From IMG/VR virus record IMGVR_UViG_3300010413_000038, positions 1 through 56,011 of that record: DNA of 56,011 nucleotides; one strand, 5' to 3'. Below, in pieces: positions 55,960 to 56,011 of this stretch. The notes under the pieces are model-generated. The model was given only the letters and a program-made list of their open reading frames with translations, had not been told where the DNA came from and did no database searches. Origin of the DNA: a virus. Taxonomy: Duplodnaviria > Caudoviricetes. The translations under genes and the position numbers were made by a program. Each line of letters opens with the position of its first letter. Within the stretch, counting starts at the first letter, position 1.

Positions 55960-56011
55960 ATTAAATTAACAGAAGTAATAATTAAAAATAGCTAAGCTAT
56001 GGCAAAAAAAG
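55868..56011. repeat. Terminal overlap identical to 1-144
   Basis: Exact match. Confidence 0.95.

Overview
This window is a complete, circularly assembled, AT-rich tailed dsDNA phage genome. The unit length is about 55,867 bp, since bases 1-144 recur at 55868-56011, and all credible genes lie on the + strand. The host is very probably Bacteroidota, based on TAnnTTTG promoters, signal peptides cleaved before Gln and no Shine-Dalgarno pattern. Recognisable modules are: recombination (Erf, PD-(D/E)XK exonuclease, NinB-like, NinG), Rha/antirepressor, replication (initiator plus primase-helicase), a helicase-DNA methyltransferase fusion, an ECF sigma factor, packaging (TerS, and TerL fractured by a split intein around a free-standing HNH gene), siphovirus-like head and tail, lysis, and an Rnl2-type RNA ligase plus a Ro60 (TROVE) gene preceded by three Y-RNA-like genes. 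No integrase, reverse transcriptase or DNA polymerase is recognisable. The most unusual signal is an integron-like cassette architecture spread through the early region. Eight fixed-length 46-bp attC-like palindromes and several longer attC-like hairpins bracket accessory genes whose ends are complementary GTT.../...AAC boxes, with no recombinase on the genome. The Ro60/Y-RNA module is one such cassette, and the RNA ligase sits in a homologous frame. All calls come from manual reading; no database searches were run.
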